Assembly (NCBI RefSeq): GCF_006345805.1
Contig: NC_043018.1
Span: 10,602,001-10,666,000, forward strand
DNA length: 64,000 bases
DNA from: Octopus sinensis
Lineage: Eukaryota
Direction: 5' to 3'
In this document: piece after piece, positions 36,868 through 50,839 of the stretch
Position numbering within the stretch: the stretch's first letter is position 1
Layout of the letters: each line of letters begins with the position of its first letter
Notes under the pieces: model-generated
Seen by the model: only the letters and a program-made list of their open reading frames with translations
Told to the model about the DNA's origin: nothing
Database searches by the model: none
Made by a program: the position numbers and the translations under genes

Positions 36868-38162
36868 CAGGGGGAATAGAGAGGTCGGTGGTTTTTGAAA
36901 TGTCTATTACTCAGGGGGAGGGATATATGTCCAACAGGTACCATTCGGTCTGTGGTGTCTTATATTTTTTTCTTGTCAGGTGAAGCCATGGTGCTGTGGA
37001 CGATAGAGCATCATGTGTTTGCCTACAACAGTTACGTGAAGAATAACGAGTCTGTCACAGCAGTTCAGCGTGAGTTTCGGCGCCACTTCAACATTCACCG
37101 AAATCAGGCTGTTCCCACCCGTAACACAATCTTACGCTGGGCGAATGCACTTCGTATCCGAGGTACACTAATGAATAGGAGACTGGTGGGAGCGCCACGA
37201 ACGGTACGGACCCCGGAAAATGTGGAACGCTCTGCTCGGAGGCATTCCACTGAACTCGGCATCGATATTCGATCAGCAAGGCGTATTTTGCATGAAGACC
37301 AGCATTTCCACCCGTACAAATTGATGATTGAGCAACAGTTAAAGCCGTGGGACTATGTACAGTGGCTTAACTTCGCACGTCAGATGGAAGCAATGGTTGA
37401 GGCAAATGACAACTTCTGTTAATGAGTGATGAAGCTCATTTTCCTCTTAATGGCATCGTGAGTCGAACAGAACTGTCGTTATTGGACTCTCGAAAATCCG
37501 AGAGAACTGCACGAAAGACCACTGCACAGCCTAGAAGTGATGGTCTGGTATGCTGTTGGAAAAGCTGTCGTAATTGGCCCTTAATTTTTTAAAGATCGTA
37601 ATGGAAATGCTGTTACTGTGAACACCGAGCGTTACATCGAGATGATAAACAACTTCTTTGTGCCTGAATTACGACGAAAACGTACGCCTTTTCGATGTGT
37701 GTGGTTTCAGCGGGATGGGGCGACGGCCAACACAACCAGGGAATCAATAGACGTTCTTCACCCTCTCTTCAGTGAGCCTTTATTTCCAGGTTTGCAGACA
37801 TTCCTTGGTCCCTCTCGGTCTCTTGATTAGTCAATGTGTGATTATTTATTTGTGGGAAAACATCAAGGCACGTATGTATGGGCATAAGCCACGTACATTG
37901 GACGATTTGAAGGAAGCTATTCCCGTGGATGTAGGCCCAAATCGACAGAGCATTGCTGGAGAGAGAGTGGAGCCCAACTTCCAAGTACGCCTTTAGAAAT
38001 GCGTCAATGAAAACGGACATCACATGATGGATGGTTTCCTCACTTAATTTTCACAACTGTTAATTCAATACGAACACATTGATGTCAATAAAATTTGTCT
38101 GCAGCTAAAATTAATGATTTTGTGAATTTTTCAAAAACGTCCGTCTTCTCTGCTCCACCCTG
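36868..38162 (+). mobile_element. Tc1/mariner relic, rosa (DD41D)-like, with TIRs and TA TSD
   Basis: MVLWT.EHHVF..SVTAVQREFRRHF; MSDEAHF; WFQRDGAT; TIR cagggggaatagagagg.. / ..ttctctgctccaccctg, flanked by TA. Confidence 0.85.
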
Positions 38163-38409
38163 TATATCTGCCATTATTCAGTTTTATTTCAAGATTTCTT
38201 ACCAATAGAGAAAGAACCAGTTTCCAGCCTAGACCCAAGGCTCCTTCATTGGAATTTCAACAACAATGGTATTTTTGCATGTATGTGTATGTGCAGTATT
38301 TGGAGTCTGTGCATGTGCAGATTTGCATGTTGCATTTTACGCATGTATTCTCATGCATATAGTTAGTTGCATGTCTAGACATGCTCTTATATACTGAAAT
38401 GATAAACTT

Positions 38410-38619
38410 CTGGAAACTTTTTTACAAATTTTTGCAGTTCCAGTGATGGCTTCATTCTGAAGTCTTCGGATATGTATGTATGTATGTATGTATGTTTGTA
38501 TGTTATGTATGTATGTATGTATGTATGTATGTATGTATGTATGTTTGTATGTATGTATGTATGTATGTATGTATGTATGTATGTATGTATGTATGTATGT
38601 ATGTATGTATGTATGGCAG

Positions 38620-38650
<31 letters not shown>

Positions 38651-38679
38651 TGTATGTATGTATGTATGTATGTATGCAG

Positions 38680-38710
<31 letters not shown>

Positions 38711-39070
38711 TGTATGTATGTATGTATGAAGGTATGTATGTATGTAAGGCGAGCTGGCAGAAACGTTAGGACGCCGGATGAAATGCTTAGCGGTATTTCG
38801 TCTGTCGTTACGTTGTGAGTTCAAATTCCGCCGAGGTTGACTTTGCCTTTCCTCCTTTCGGGGTCGATAAATTAAGTACCAGTACCGCACTGGGGTCGAT
38901 GTAATCGACTTAATACCTATGTCTGTCCTTGTTTGTCCCCTCTATGTTTAGCCCCTTGTGGGTAATAAAGAAATAGGTATGTATGTATGTATGTATGTAT
39001 GTATGTACGTATGTATGTATGTATGAAGGTATGTATGTATGTATGTATTTGTGTATGTATGTGTATATAT
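38410..39070. repeat. (TATG)n arrays containing a SINE B copy (38746-38978, +)
   Basis: Directly visible. Confidence 0.9.
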
Positions 39071-39295
39071 ATGTATCTATGTGTGTATGTAATAAGGAAA
39101 AAACAGAGTACATGCTACCACGCCGTACACATTTTTAAGCATCTGCTGTAGTCTTCCATGTGTATAGTTATATATGTTTACATATGTATACTATATATAT
39201 ATACAGTATATGTATATATACATAAACAAAATAGTATATATATATATATATACTAATATATGTTTACATATATATACATATATATATACATATGA

Positions 39296-39342
<47 letters not shown>

Positions 39343-39437
39343 TATATATATATATATATATTATATATTATATTTTAATATATATATAATATATATATAT
39401 AATATATATTATATATATATATATATTATTATATATA

Positions 39438-39477
<40 letters not shown>

Positions 39478-39479
39478 AA

Positions 39480-39790
39480 TCTCTTATTATAAAAGGCAGA
39501 TTTTATCTGCCTCCCTTTGGGAGTTATACAAATCTACAATATATGATTTCTTCAATTACAATTTACCTTGCATTTTTGAAGAGTACAATGCATCGCGTCA
39601 TGCCAGGTCCAGTTTTTAAAATTTAAACTCCAGTTAAGCAAAATTTACAGAAAACTCACATTCTGGTGTGTGTGTCAATGCTTTCTTAGTCTGGTTTACA
39701 GCCACGCAAACAGCACACACACAGTGGGCAACGATAAAATGAAAGTAATTGACTTACTGTAGTGAGTGATTCTTTCACTCTGCCTCCCAC
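39480..39790 (+). mobile_element. Helitron-like 5' fragment
   Basis: Starts tctcttattataaaaggcag, resembling the 5' end at 41034; no 3' CTAG end seen. Confidence 0.4.
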
Positions 39791-40329
39791 TTCCTCTTTT
39801 CCACACAGACACGCAAATATAAAATAAAATTGTAAGCTAACGTGCGTGTGTGTGAGTGGGTGTGTGTGGGTGTGCGCGTGTGTGGTGTGTGAGGGTGCGT
39901 GTGTGGGTGTGTGTGTGCGTGTGCGTGAGTGTGTGACAGGAAAGTTTTTTTACGACGAATATAACACCTATATCCAGTAGCAGAAAGATAAGACAGTAAG
40001 GTGTGATTTGAGGGAGATTTTGGCTGCCTATTTTCTACCATGTCTAGCTGCCATGTGGGGTCTCCCTCATAGGCTCATACATACATATATACATAGATAA
40101 GACAGTAAGGTGTGATTTGGGGAAATTTGGCTGCTATTTCTACCAGGTCTAGCTACCATGTAGAGGTCCCCCTCATTGGCTCATATATATATACATACAT
40201 AAGACAGTAAGGTGTGATTTGAGGAGATTTGGCTGCTGTTTCTACCAGGTCTGTTAGGCCTTCTCATGTAAACTCAAGCTTTCTCATGCCTTCAACATGA
40301 CCAAAGCAGAGAATGTATTCTTTTTATTC

Positions 40330-40530
40330 TTCTGCTTTTTCCAGCCATTGGTCTGTGGCCATGCTGGGCAATGCCTTGAAGAATTGTAGTTTAATGAATC
40401 ACTCTCCTTTATTTTTGTAAGCATTGTACTTATTCTATCTGTTCCTTTGTCAAACCACTAGGTGACAGGGATGTAAACAAACCACATTCGTTTCAAGCAG
40501 TGGTGGAGGACAATCACAAGCACAGACACG
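40330..40530 (-). mobile_element. SINE family A 3' part, degenerate
   Basis: ggccatgctgggc..gtacttattctatc..gtaaacaaacc. Confidence 0.7.
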
Positions 40531-40609
40531 CCACACACACACATACATGCATACACATATACACACATACATACATACATACATATATATATATGTGTGT
40601 ATATATATA

Positions 40610-40930
40610 TTGCAGCGTGGAAGGTGTTTTGTAAGCCTTTAAGAAACACACAAAAACCGTTAGATTCACTTCAACATTTAATTTAATTTGCCAAAATATT
40701 TTCGTCGCTTTCAGACCGCGACCTGTTCACTGACAAAAATATCGTGCTAACAGGTCGCGGTCTCAATCGACGAAAATATTTTCACAAATTAAATTTAAAT
40801 GTTGAAGTGAATCTAACGGTTTTTGTGTGTTTTCTTAAATGGCTTATAAACACCTTCAACGCTGCAACTGTTTTCGTTCCAGCACACGATCTCAGATCAA
40901 GTCACTTGCTATGCAAGTACATCTCTGTAA
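40610..40930. mobile_element. Fold-back pair of a short PLE-like element with a G3:C8 hammerhead (40687-40737, -)
   Basis: ~120-bp inverted arms 40610-40730 and 40748-40867; UUUGUCA-GUGAACA-g-GUCGC ggucugaaa GCGAC-GAAA-AUAU-UU-UGGCAAA. Confidence 0.7.
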
Positions 40931-41033
40931 CTATATTATATTTATATATATATATATATATATAGTATATTGGTAAAAACAGTAAGATAACACAAGAAAG
41001 AAAGAGACCTCAATATTATGTAAATATAGGAAA

Positions 41034-41439
41034 TCTTATAATAAAAGTGAGGTTGTGTGTCTGTCTCCTACGATTTAGATTCCTAACTATTCCTAACACT
41101 CCCACATTTTGCGTGCAGTTTAATAACCAAAACCGGGTATCTTATAGTCGTGATTCATATCGAGACCGTCTGGGTATTAGCGCGCGTCTCGATGAGTCTA
41201 ACTAACGATTAAAAAAAATTTACCATCAATTTTTCCCATTTTTAATCCATTTTTGACATTATAAGGGAAGTAACTCTCTAAAATTTTATTAAATCTCAGA
41301 ACGTAAAACTACAGTAACAACACCCCCCCCCCCCTTTGTGGTTAGCCATATTGAGATGGCTATTATACTTTACATCTCTAAAAATGCTTATATAATTATT
41401 TCCCTTACAAACCCGAGCAACGCCGGGCGATACTGCTAG
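41034..41439 (+). mobile_element. Non-autonomous Helitron
   Basis: 5' TC-ttataataaaag; 3' hairpin cccgagcaacgccggg then CTAG followed by T. Confidence 0.75.
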
Positions 41440-42231
41440 TATATATATAAATACATGTGTGTATGGTATATGAGTATGTATGTATATATGTATAATAAAT
41501 CAATGCATCTGTGCATATGTCTTTATGTATGTACGTATGTATGTACGTGTGTATGTGTGTGTGTATGTATGTATGTATGTATGTATGTATGTGTGTATGT
41601 ATGTATGTATGTATGTATGTATGTATGTATGTGTGTGTGTGTATGTTTGCATAAATGTATATAAGTGCTTCGAAATGTGTGTGTGTGTGCACATATGTTC
41701 GCGTGTGTAGATCTACCGTAAGTCATATTTGCCAAAAGCCGTATCGACGCGCGTGTACACACTTTTACACTCGTGTAAAGCATGTGTACGTAAACATGTA
41801 TATACATGTGTGTGTGTGTGCTTTTGTTGTGTACTTTTGTGTATAGAACGAGAGGAAGCCGAAACGGGTGTGTGGGGTAGAGGGGTAAGTATTTAGGTTA
41901 GTAGGTATGTGGGTAGGTATGCAGGTGCGTGTGTTGGTAGGTGTGCAGGTAGGTGTATGGGTAAGTAGTTGAAAGAAGCTGGATGGCAGAGAGAAGAAGA
42001 AGGTATGAAGATTGCGAGGGAAATAGGGAAACGGAGAGGCAGAAAAGGGACAGGTAGGTGGGTAGGTTTGTGGGTGGGGGGGTGGGTGGGGCAGTAGGTA
42101 GTGGGTAATGATTGTGACAACAAAGATGACGTTTGTGACAAGTGTGTCGACGGCAATTCTGCCGACGATCGCGACGACAACTGTGAGATTTAAAGGTAAG
42201 AATTTTGACAACAGATGTGGCCATTGTGATT

Positions 42232-42266
<35 letters not shown>

Positions 42267-42334
42267 AGAAGAAGAAGAAGAAGAAGAAGAAGAGAAGAAG
42301 AAGAAGAAGAAGAAGAAGAAGAAGGAGAGGAGGG

Positions 42335-42434
42335 NNNNNNNNNNNNNNNNNNNNNNNNNNNNNNNNNNNNNNNNNNNNNNNNNNNNNNNNNNNNNNNNNN
42401 NNNNNNNNNNNNNNNNNNNNNNNNNNNNNNNNNN
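42335..42434. other. Assembly gap (~100 N) after a (GCA)/(GAA) array
   Basis: Run of N. Confidence 1.
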
Positions 42435-42630
42435 GTCTCTGAGAGAAAAACAAGTTTGCTTGTAACACTAAATAACCTCTATGTGGTTGCTCGAACCGCG
42501 AGAAATAACAGCCAAGATTCGCTTTCTTTCCATCAAATGATTCAGTGGACGAGTTAAATGCAGTCACGTATATTTTGTTATTTAGTTGGGTTCGTTTTTG
42601 GCTGATTTAGGCTGCGTGTTGTCTTCCTTA

Positions 42631-43061
42631 GGATCTTTTCGGTTTGAACGGCAGTTTTTTCTAGCGGTGTCATATGAAATTGTCACCCATAATTATGACC
42701 CTAGTATCGATCTATTGCATTTCAATCTGTTTTAGGGTTAGGGTTAAGGTTACGGTTAGGGGTGGGGGGAAGGGTATCTTTTTTCCTTCACAAATGTAAA
42801 TAAACCCAATCTGTTTCTTAAACGAGAGACATATTCATACGGTACAAAATGTTTTCACCTCAATAGACGTCATTGATTGGTTGAAATTGCAGAAATTGAA
42901 GAAAAAAACAACAACAAATATCTTACAACCTATAGAATTTTCTCAATAAAGCCAAGAGAAAAATATGTTTTATAAACACATTCTACCAGTATACGAAGGT
43001 TTAAAAGTGTTTAGTTACCTAGAAATTATGTTAAAAACTGCCGTTCAAACCGAAAAGATCC
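42631..43061 (+). mobile_element. Merlin-like MITE family 1
   Basis: TIR ggatcttttcggtttgaacggcagttttt; flanks cttcctta/cttccttg (7/8 TSD); internal ttagggttagg. Confidence 0.75.
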
Positions 43062-43228
43062 CTTCCTTGTACAACGATGTCCATTTTAGATTTTTCATGA
43101 GACCGCTTCTTTACGCATAAACAATACATTGATTACCCAAGTTACTTACCGGAAGTCATATAGCTGAATGTTCGGAGTAAGTGATGTATTTATGCTGTAT
43201 CTTAGCTAAGAACTGCCGAGCTACTTAC

Positions 43229-43369
43229 TTGTGTGTAGCGAGAGGTGAGGTTGTTGTGTTCATGATCAATGCTTGGAGAAGTGCATTGAAGACCACGTGA
43301 CTCTTTAAGCAGAGGACGAACGGCGACCAAGAATCCTGGAATCTTCTCGAACCTCTGCTTCTGATTCTC
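43229..43369 (-). CDS. Candidate exon (ENQKQRFEKIPGFLVAVRPLLKESRGLQCTSPSIDHEHNNLTSRYTQ)
   Basis: Strong donor CAA|gtaagt in phase 0 and an open frame; the acceptor lacks a polypyrimidine tract. Confidence 0.15.
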
Positions 43370-43394
43370 CTGAGCTTTTACATTTATAGTTATG

Positions 43395-43676
43395 GGCGAT
43401 CTTACGATATATGTACCGGTGTACTTCCAGAAGTACTGGATACATTTCAAAAAAGTGTTGTTTTTTTTTATATATGGGGGGTTAGGGTTAGGGGTGGGAG
43501 AAAAGGGTTTCTGTTATCTTCAGAAATGTAAACAAAGTCACATGTGTACCTAAAATGAAGCATCGCCAGACACCCTAACCTTAACCCTAACCCCCCCCCA
43601 TATGTAAAAAAAACACTTTTTTGAAATGTATCCGGTACTTCCGGAAGTACGCCGGTACATATAGCGTAAGATCGCC
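43395..43676. mobile_element. Merlin-like MITE family 2
   Basis: ~90-bp TIRs starting ggcgatcttacg; perfect 8-bp TSD TAGTTATG; ttagggtta motifs at the inner ends of both arms. Confidence 0.8.
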
Positions 43677-43963
43677 TAGTTATGTTTTGGCGGGAAAATA
43701 ATGAAATTGTAACGGTATTATAATTCATATTTAATTAACGGTCATCATCATAATTAATTAATTGTTCTTCAATCATTTCTCCGCTGCATCACCACCACCA
43801 CCACTACCACCATCATCATCATCATCATACAAACATCGACACATTTTACGGTCGAGTGATCGTGCTGAAATATGACTGGTTGACAATTAGAGTGGTGTCA
43901 TCTGATGTGCCGTGGCCTACTTCTCGAGGTTTCGATTCAAAGCTTCACTTCAATTCCTTAATT

Positions 43964-44181
43964 CAGTGCTTTTCAACCTTTTTGCTAGAGCGGAACCCAA
44001 GGAAACATTCCACTGGTTCAAGGAACCCCTGTGTAATAATTTAATAGTCTTATGCACACATATCTGCACAGGAGAATTAAAAATTACTGCCGATTTTAGC
44101 AGTTTTGTAACTTCTTGCGGAACCCTTGGACTGTACTGACAGAACCCTAAGGTTCTGCGGAACCCTGGTTGAAAACCACTG
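43964..44181. mobile_element. hAT MITE
   Basis: TIR cagtgcttttcaacc / ggttgaaaaccactg; 8-bp TSD CCTTAATT. Confidence 0.85.
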
Positions 44182-44252
44182 CCTTAATTAGTCTTAGTGA
44201 AGGAAATGAGAATACAAGTCCGAGATAATGGACAGAGTGGTCAGATTTCTGT

Positions 44253-44287
<35 letters not shown>

Positions 44288-44945
44288 CAATCATTCTAAA
44301 TGATGTGAGTGAATTGCTGTAGTTTTCTTCGTCTTTCTCTTCCTACGAGCCTATCTCTCTTTCCCGGGAGCAATAACAGTATCATAATATTTCTGGCCCC
44401 AACGCTGCAAATGTTATGGGAACGACTTGACTAAATATTCAAAGGATTCCAGTCAATTTCGAATGTTGTTTCTCCATTCTAAAGACACACACCACCCATC
44501 CGACCCCGCCACGAAATATAAATAGTGTTGACCCTAAGAAGGAATCTCTGTACGAGGTCGCTTGTCTTACTAAAAAGAGGCGCCTAAATCTCCCTAAAAT
44601 CAAACCCTACTGGCTCAGAAAAGCACTTTGATCATGGAGGCTTGGATTCCCTGCAAATAGGGAAGAAGAAGGATGTTCACGGCTGGAATATCTTTTATCA
44701 TGGGTCTGCTTCATCAGGCTGGCCTAGGGCTAAACAACTGCAGCGACAACTACTATCACAAGCAACAAACGGCCGCGTTTGTTGCTTATGGTAGCAGTAG
44801 TTCCACACGGTTGCACGACCTGCTAGAAATAACACCCAAATCTCAGCCTGCAATAATTATGTTCGGATGATAATATAAAGTAACCAGTTATGTACTGAGG
44901 GCCGAATTATATTCCTATAACAAATCCTTAATATAAATGGAATTA

Positions 44946-45830
44946 TGATAGAAGAACTAATGCTAAGACAAAAGCGAAGTCGAAGACGTAGACTGAGACG
45001 AAGTTTAAGACTATGACGAAGTCTAAGATGAAGACGAAGACTAAGATTAAGATTAAGACTAAGACAATGACGGAGAGTAAGCTAAAGATTAGGACTATGA
45101 TGAAGACTAAGATGAAGACGAAGATTAAGACTAAGATTAACATTAAAACTAAGACGAAGATTAAAATGAAGATTAAGACTAAGACAATGACAGAGACTAA
45201 GACAAAGATTAAGACTATGACGAAAACTAAGATGAAAACTAAGACTATGACAGAGATTAAGGCAAAGATTAAGACTATGACGAAAATTAAGATGAAGACT
45301 AAGACTATGACGGAGATTAAGACAAAGATTAAGACTATGACGAAAACTAAGATGAAGACTAAGACTACGGCGGAGATTAAGACAAAGATTAAGACTATGA
45401 CGAAAATTAAGATGAAGACTAAGACTATGACGGAGATTAAGACAAAGATTAAGACTATGACGAAAACTAAGATGAAGACTAAGACTATGACGGAGACTAA
45501 GACAAAGATTAAGACTATGACGGAGACTAAGATGAAGACTAAGACTAAGATGTAGATTAAAATTAAAACTAAGACGAATATTAAGATGTGGATTAAGACG
45601 AAGACGAAAACTATGACAAAGATTAAGACTACGATAAAGATTTAGTCTAAGATGAAGACGAAGATTGGGATTAAGTCAGAGAAGTAAACGAAGACGAAGA
45701 TGTAGTCTAAGACGTGGATTAACACTAAAGCAAATACGAAGATTAAGATTAAGACGTAGATGAGGACGTTGAAGTCTGCGACAAAGATTAAGACAAGGGA
45801 TTACGATTAAAACTAAGACATAAACTAAGA
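44946..45830. repeat. AAGACT/AAGATT hexamer satellite with a 60-bp higher-order core
   Basis: 60-bp rows at 45181-45480 are near-identical. Confidence 0.9.
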
Positions 45831-46179
45831 CACCCACACCAGTGATAACCATGCGGAGGAAATAACCTATTTCCTCTGTCTCTCTTTTCTTTCCGTTTGT
45901 TTATTAATCCAGGGACAACCTCTGTACCAGTGCTGTCTGTGGGGTTAGACGGAGAGACGGGGGGGGGGGACGACTATTTTGCTTCTTTCTCACCCTTCCT
46001 TCTTTCTTTCCTTCTTTTCTTTGTTCTCTCCTTCCTTCCTTCCTTCCGTCCTTTCCTTTCTTCCTTCCTTTCTTCCGTCTGTTCTTTCTTCCTGAATCTT
46101 TGTTGTTTTGTCCGCTTCGCTCTTTATTTTATTTAACGATGCATGTATAGCAGCGCGTGTTAGGAAGTGTGTACATGTG

Positions 46180-46210
<31 letters not shown>

Positions 46211-46601
46211 AATATATATTATTATACATAAATACACGCGTGGAGGATGTGGGAGTATATAAAGAAAGAGAGAGAGAGAGAGAAAAGGAGAGGAGGAGTG
46301 GTAAGAGAATATACAGCAAGGTGTATTAGTCGAAGCAGGTCCATTTTACATTTACCAGTGTGTATATATGTATTGTTATGTTTGTATGTATGTATGTATG
46401 TATGTATGTATGTATGTATGTATCTGTGTATATGTATATATCTATGTGTGTGTGTGTGTCTTCGTATATATGTGTGGCTATTTCTGTATATGTAACCCGT
46501 ATGTGTGTATGTATGTAAGCGAGTATGTATGTAAATGTATGTGCATACGTGCGTATATGTAGGTGTATGCATTGCATCTACGTGTATACGCGTGGACATG
46601 T

Positions 46602-46663
<62 letters not shown>

Positions 46664-46703
46664 TATATATATATATACATACATAGATACAAGTGACACA
46701 CGC

Positions 46704-46745
<42 letters not shown>

Positions 46746-47217
46746 CACTTGTATCTATGTATGTATATGTGTATGTATGTAGATACGTATGTATGTGTGC
46801 ATAGTGTTATGTATATGTGTGTGTGTCTATGTGTGACCAACGAACGTAAGCCACAACAGTTTGTTTATGTGTTTTGTTTTTTGTTTTTTGTTTTTTGTTT
46901 TTGTTGGGGTTTTGTTTGTTTTGTTTGTTCCTTCTTTGCTTTCCCCCAGTCTTTGTTCGAAAGCCACCAACCCGTGAAAAGGGAAGACATAAGTCTACAG
47001 CCGTTGTGAAAGAGACACCTGTCTCGTTTTACACCTGCCAAATTTCCGTGCTTCCATTTGCTTCTTCCATACTCCCACCAATCCTCACCTTGCCTCACCC
47101 TCCCTCACATTTCTTCAACCCCCCCTCTCTCTCTCTCTTTGTATTAACGTTATATTCCTTTAACTTGCTTGCTTTTCTAGTGGTGTTTTTTATATATATT
47201 TTTTTCATTCATTCTTA

Positions 47218-47253
<36 letters not shown>

Positions 47254-47364
47254 TTTCTCTTTACTCTACCTTCATATGTGTTACTCATTCAATGTCTACT
47301 AATGTATTTTTTTCCACCAGTTGTCGTCTGCCACCGAACAAAGACTTTAAAACTTCACTTTACG

Positions 47365-47665
47365 CACGCACACACACACTCACACACGTACTTACCACAT
47401 ACACTTACACACACACACTCACACACGTACTTACCACATACACTTACACACACACACTCACACACGTACTTACCACATACACTTGCACGCACACACACAC
47501 ACTCACACACGTACTTACCACATACACTTGCACACACACACACACACTCACACACGTACTTACCACATACACTTGCACACACACACACACACTCACACAC
47601 GTACTTACCACATACACTTGCACGCACACACACACACTCACACACGTACTTACCACATACACTTG

Positions 47666-47695
<30 letters not shown>
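47365..47695. repeat. ~36-42-bp minisatellite (ca)n-ctcacacacgtacttaccacatacactt
   Basis: Seven units visible. Confidence 0.9.
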
Positions 47696-47696
<1 letters not shown>

Positions 47697-48715
47697 CCCA
47701 GCGAGTTGACACACGAGCTTTTTGCAATAAAGACCGCATTTATTTATCAAACCTTTCGTTCGCTCACGTCGTTTTCAACCGTGTATATCCTTAGCAACCC
47801 AACTAATATTCCACCTAACTGTTTATCTCCTTCGTTCATCAACTCCACCTTCCACCACTACACACACACACGCATACACAAAACTAAATAGAAAAAAATT
47901 CATCAAACCTCCGTCCCCGATACCAAAGTTTCTTTGCACTTAACGAAGTTCATGGAAGCAAACTTTTTTCTTTGGCGTTTCTTATTATAAATATTGCCCT
48001 CCAACACAATAGAGTCGCTTTTCTTCAAATGAACCTTTCTCGTGTCCCAACAAAGCACTTTCGTCGATCAAAAGCCTTGCATTTGGAATGTTATACTTAT
48101 CCAACCTCAGCTGCTTGTTGAGGGCAAATAGCTAAATTTCCCAGGTGAAACACTCTTTTGTGCTCAGCTAGGATTTATGGCTGTTTACCATTTAAAGAAA
48201 TGACGGAACAGAAAGAAGGGGGAAAAAAGAAGAAAGGAAGAAATCCCAAAATAAACTACAAGCGTTAATTATTCGTTTGCATTTTCAATGAATCAATTCG
48301 ATCATAAAAACTGTAGAAATATTCTGATGATATTTCTCAAATTATCTTTTTTATATTTTACATTTTTAATCGTTCGGTCTACAAGAATGAGCTTGGTCGG
48401 CGTTAGCAGTCGCCTAGGGGTTACGCAGGTTTAGGGGGCCCTATGATAATATATGAATGCCGTAGATTGCTTTCAATAAATGAATATTATGGGACCCAAT
48501 GCTTTTGCTTTGCCCGGTGCCTCACGAATCAAGGATCCCTGTTCAGGTAAATGCTATTTATGTGGTTTGACGTCAATAAATACTGTAGGGTCCAGTACGA
48601 GTCAAGGGTTCCAATTTTGATCTATGTAGGCTAGGGTTCACAATCAATAAATATATAGTATAGGATACAGCTCTTTGATTTGCCCTATCAACCCAATTCT
48701 GATCGATGTAAACTG

Positions 48716-49068
48716 AAGGCGGCGAGCTGGCAGAACCGTTAGCACGCCGGGGGAAATGCTTAGCGGTATTTCGTCGGCCGTTACGTTCTGACTTCAAATT
48801 CCGCCGAGGTCGGCTTTGCCTTTTATCCTTTCGGGGTCGATTAAATAAGTACCAGTTACGCACTGGGGTCGATATAATCGACTTAATCCGTTTGTCTGTC
48901 CTTGTTTGTCCCCTCTGTATTTAGCCCCTTGTGGATAGTAAAGAAATAGGTATTTCGTCTGCTGTTACCTTCTGAGTTCAAATTCCGCCGAGGTCGACTT
49001 TACCTTTCATCCTATCGAGGTCGATAAATTAAGTACCAGTTACGCACTGGGGCAATAAAGAAATAAGT
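48716..49068 (+). mobile_element. SINE family B, dimeric
   Basis: Full unit plus a second body starting ggtatttcgtc. Confidence 0.9.
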
Positions 49069-49335
49069 AAACTGTTGCTTGCTGTCAATCAATAAATGCT
49101 ATAGGAGTCGGTGCATTGATTTTCCCGACGGTGGAGGAGGGAGGCCTGTATAGTGCGACTAAGACGGCTCTGGGCGTCAGGAGTGTCAAATTCGTTCGGG
49201 TTTGACAATCGGATATACAAATCTTCATGGGCCTAATGGGGCAATCATTCCTTTAAAGAACAAAATCTTATTCGTAATGTAGATCAGACGAAAATCGATA
49301 ACGGGATCAACGTATATTGTAACAAAGTCTGCATG

Positions 49336-49650
49336 CCTGCTATAGCCTCGGGCCGACCAAAGCCTTGTGAGTGGATTTGGTAGAGGGAAACTGAAAGAAG
49401 CCTGTCGTATATATGTATATATGTATGTGCGTGTGTGTTTGTGTGTCTGTGTTTGTACCCCCACCATTGCTTGACAACCGATGCTGGTGTGTTTACGTCC
49501 CCGTAACTTAGCGGTTCAGCAAAAGAGACTGATAGAATAAGTACTAGGCTTACAAAGAATAAGTCCTGGGATCGATTTAACCGACTAGAAGGCGGTGCTC
49601 CAGCATGGCCGCAGTCAAATGACTGAAACAAGTAAAAGAAAGTAAAAGAA
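49336..49650 (+). mobile_element. SINE family A, 5'-truncated
   Basis: ctatagcctcgggccgacc...gtaaaagaaagtaaaaga. Confidence 0.9.
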
Positions 49651-50269
49651 ATATATATATCAATGGCGACTCCGGCACTTGGGCTGTCGAGCTTAGCCCG
49701 AGTATAAATTTAGTAAAGTGAGCGCGTGTATTTGCAAGCTGATTTAATTTCTACCAGTAACTGACTTTAAGTATGTAACTTCAGCTAATAACTCGGGTTC
49801 CTTTTATTGAGCTTCGTTGCAGTTCAGCGTCTTAGATGTGCCCTATGTCAAAAGATATCATTCGTAGCAGACGTTCTTTCGGCATCATTCACACACGCAT
49901 CTGACTCCGGTTCAGAAGTTACAGCCCGAGTTGTTATCTATGATCGCAAAAATTAAAAGTAATTCAAATTCAATGTTTTGTTTTGTTTTGTTTTGTTAAA
50001 CAATAAACTTCTATAGAGATTAAGATTTAAATTCCAATCTATAAAATGTTTCCGTTCTAAAATATTCTTAAAGGAACGAAAATTTATCCAGCAACTCTGG
50101 CCAAATGGACGATATATATAGCTTATAAATGATACAAAGATAAAATGAAGCTAGGAGGAGGGCCAGACTAAATATCGCCGTAGGCCATATATTTGACACG
50201 CCAAGACGAAACCCTTTAAGTACCCTAAGATGGCCGCAGTTCAATGACTGAAACAAGTCAAAAATAATA

Positions 50270-50704
50270 ATAATCCTTTCTGCTAAAGGCACAAGACATG
50301 AAATTTTTGGTGAGAGGTTAAGTCGATTAGATCGACCCCAGTGCGTAACTGGTACTTAATTTATCGAACCCGAAATGATGAACGGCAAGGTCGACCTCGG
50401 TAGAATTTGAACTCAGAATGTGAAGACGGGCGAAATACCGCTGTCCGACGTGCTAACGATTCTGCCAGCTTGCCACCTTTATAAAAATAATAATGATGAT
50501 GATGATGGTTGGGGAAGTGATTAAATCGATTACATCAGCTCCAGTGCATAACTGGTACTTATTTTTTCGACCCCAAAAGGATGAAAGGCAAAGTCGACCT
50601 CAGCGGAATTTGAACTCGGAACGTAACGGTAGACGAAATACCGCTGAGCATTTCGCCAGGTCTGCTAACGATTCTGCCAGCTCGCTGCCTTAATAATGAT
50701 AATA

Positions 50705-50787
<83 letters not shown>

Positions 50788-50799
50788 CAACAACAACAA

Positions 50800-50839
<40 letters not shown>

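Noticed and set aside
42108-42567. ORFs spanning the N run
   Set aside because: Artefacts of the gap and flanking trinucleotide repeats.
45013-45555. 180-aa Lys/Thr protein as a histone H1- or protamine-like gene
   Set aside because: The frame is fully explained by the hexamer satellite; no domain or splice context.
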